Part shown: positions 62,553 through 64,000 of the stretch, piece by piece | Numbering within the stretch: the stretch's first letter is position 1 | Layout: each line of letters starts with the position of its first letter | Assembly: GCA_001662655.1 (NCBI GenBank) | Contig: KV460238.1 | Origin: Pseudogymnoascus verrucosus | Lineage: Eukaryota | Direction: 5' to 3' (one strand) | Length of the DNA stretch: 64,000 bases | Program-made: the position numbers and the translations under genes | The notes under the pieces: model-generated | Database searches by the model: none | The model's input: the letters and a program-made list of their open reading frames with translations, nothing else | What the model was told of the DNA's origin: nothing

Positions 62553-64000
62553 ATGGCAACCAGTCAATCTCCGATTCTATCACCGGTCATGGACAGAGAC
62601 GACAATGCCCCTCCTGTCCAGCCGCTCTCGAAGAGAGACAAGCGCCGCACTGCGTTGATTGATCGACTCAACGACATCACGATGCAGTTCTCAGCGAACA
62701 AGGACCAATATTATCGCGAGCAACTGGGTGTTGTTCAGCAGGATATTGCCCTGATTCTCCATGCCATCCCATACGTGGAAGATCCGACCAAAGAATCAAC
62801 TGTCGAGCTACTGGCAGTCATCCAAAAACTTACCAGAGGTGACCCACGAGCCCTCCAGTCTGTCAAGGAAGGAGATCTTCAAGGCGTTGGAGGGAGAATA
62901 TACCATGAGTTCCGGGATGAGATTCAAGACGCCATGGAGCGTCGAGATGCCGCCTTATCAGCGTATGCAGTAAGTAGAAGAACCCCCCAGTTAAAACTCA
63001 ACCATCACTAACACATCTCTCTTAGTTTGAGCACAAAAGCAACCTCAGTGAACTCAATACCAGCTCGGCATTTTTGACGAAGCTCGCTGGACGAGAGCAT
63101 TCCGCTCTCGCCAGTACCATTCGCGACCGACTCATAAATTCGATTACAGAAAGAAAGCGAAAGCTTAACAGAGACATGACAAGCAATGAGGGGATCGACA
63201 ATTCAAATGCATACCACTACCACCCAGCGCAATACAGTGTTCTCAACCCTTCGAGCCCCGGAGGCGTTCTCGGGAAGCGTTCCTCGAGACACCGCCGAGA
63301 CCTAGACGACCTGCCGGCGATGCTCGATCCCACCAAGCGCAAACGCCGAGCTGTCGACGATGGCAGGGCGTCTCCAGTCCCGAGCCGCCGTGCACCAATC
63401 GACCTGCACCAGATTGGCTCGAACACACCTCTCAATAGATTCACAGAGAAGGCCCAAGATCCCGAATACCCGCTATACAGCGTCGACAAGCTCTTCACCG
63501 AGAAGGAGTTGTCTCTGCTTGAGCGCCAGGCTGCCGAGGCTGCACACAAATACATGGTCCGCCATAAATTCAACGAAGCAGCGACACGCTCTCAATCCGA
63601 CAGTGACGGTTCTCGCAATGGCGACGCAGACCAGCGCAACAATGACTCCACACCCGACTCGCCTCTCGTTGCCCCGGCCATGGACCGCACAACCCGCTCA
63701 ACTCGCGGCATTGGCGGCGCCACCAGCGGCTTCATTGGCTCAACCGGCATTGAAGTCATCGCTGACCTCACTCTCCCATCCACATTCACCGGGCAGCTGA
63801 ACCAGATGCCTCGCCTCCCCCCACCGTTGTACCCCAGCATGACCAAATTCTTCGGCTCCACCAAGGGCGATAACATGCGACCCAACCTCACCGAGGGCGT
63901 AGCCGGCGACGAGCTCAACCAGGACATGAACCGCATCGAGTGGGGCAAGCGCGTGAACTCGCAACTCAAGCCCGGAGCAAGTCTGGACCAGGACGTCGAG
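62553..64000 (+). CDS. SDS3: Sds3-like subunit of the Rpd3L/Sin3 deacetylase complex (runs off the window end)
   Basis: 'PLSKRDKRRTALIDRLNDITMQF..YYREQL'; intron 62970-63024; frame stays open to the window end. Confidence 0.7.

Overview
Gene-dense chromosomal window from a filamentous ascomycete (short GT-AG introns with CTAAC/CTGAC branch points; a Leotiomycete-like origin is an inference). The conserved backbone encodes COG8, a TLC-domain protein, CSN4, MPS1, a Cir_N/LENG1-like protein, SEC18/NSF, an LTE1-like RasGEF, a PAS hybrid histidine kinase, NAD(P)HX dehydratase, a PARP-UBE2Q fusion, a COG7-like protein, a GT-like membrane protein and an SDS3-like protein. The main finding is a minus-strand 5S rRNA gene split into two halves (8725-8787 and 21081-21122) by a ~12.3 kb cargo-carrying insertion. 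It looks Starship-like, but no tyrosine-recombinase captain is visible. Three diverged direct repeats divide the insertion into modules. The first module is a ParB/Srx-motif (DUF3723-like) gene bracketed by oppositely oriented arrays of a 9-bp repeat (GGGTGAGCA / TGCTCACCC). The other modules carry an O-fucosyltransferase-like gene, a single-pass membrane protein and a 26-Cys secreted protein. Also present are a solo LTR with a TSD, a TA-flanked MITE-like element, a repeat-rich orphan gene and an intron-rich secreted SGNH-FN3 fusion. Family calls come from motif recognition only; no database searches were run.
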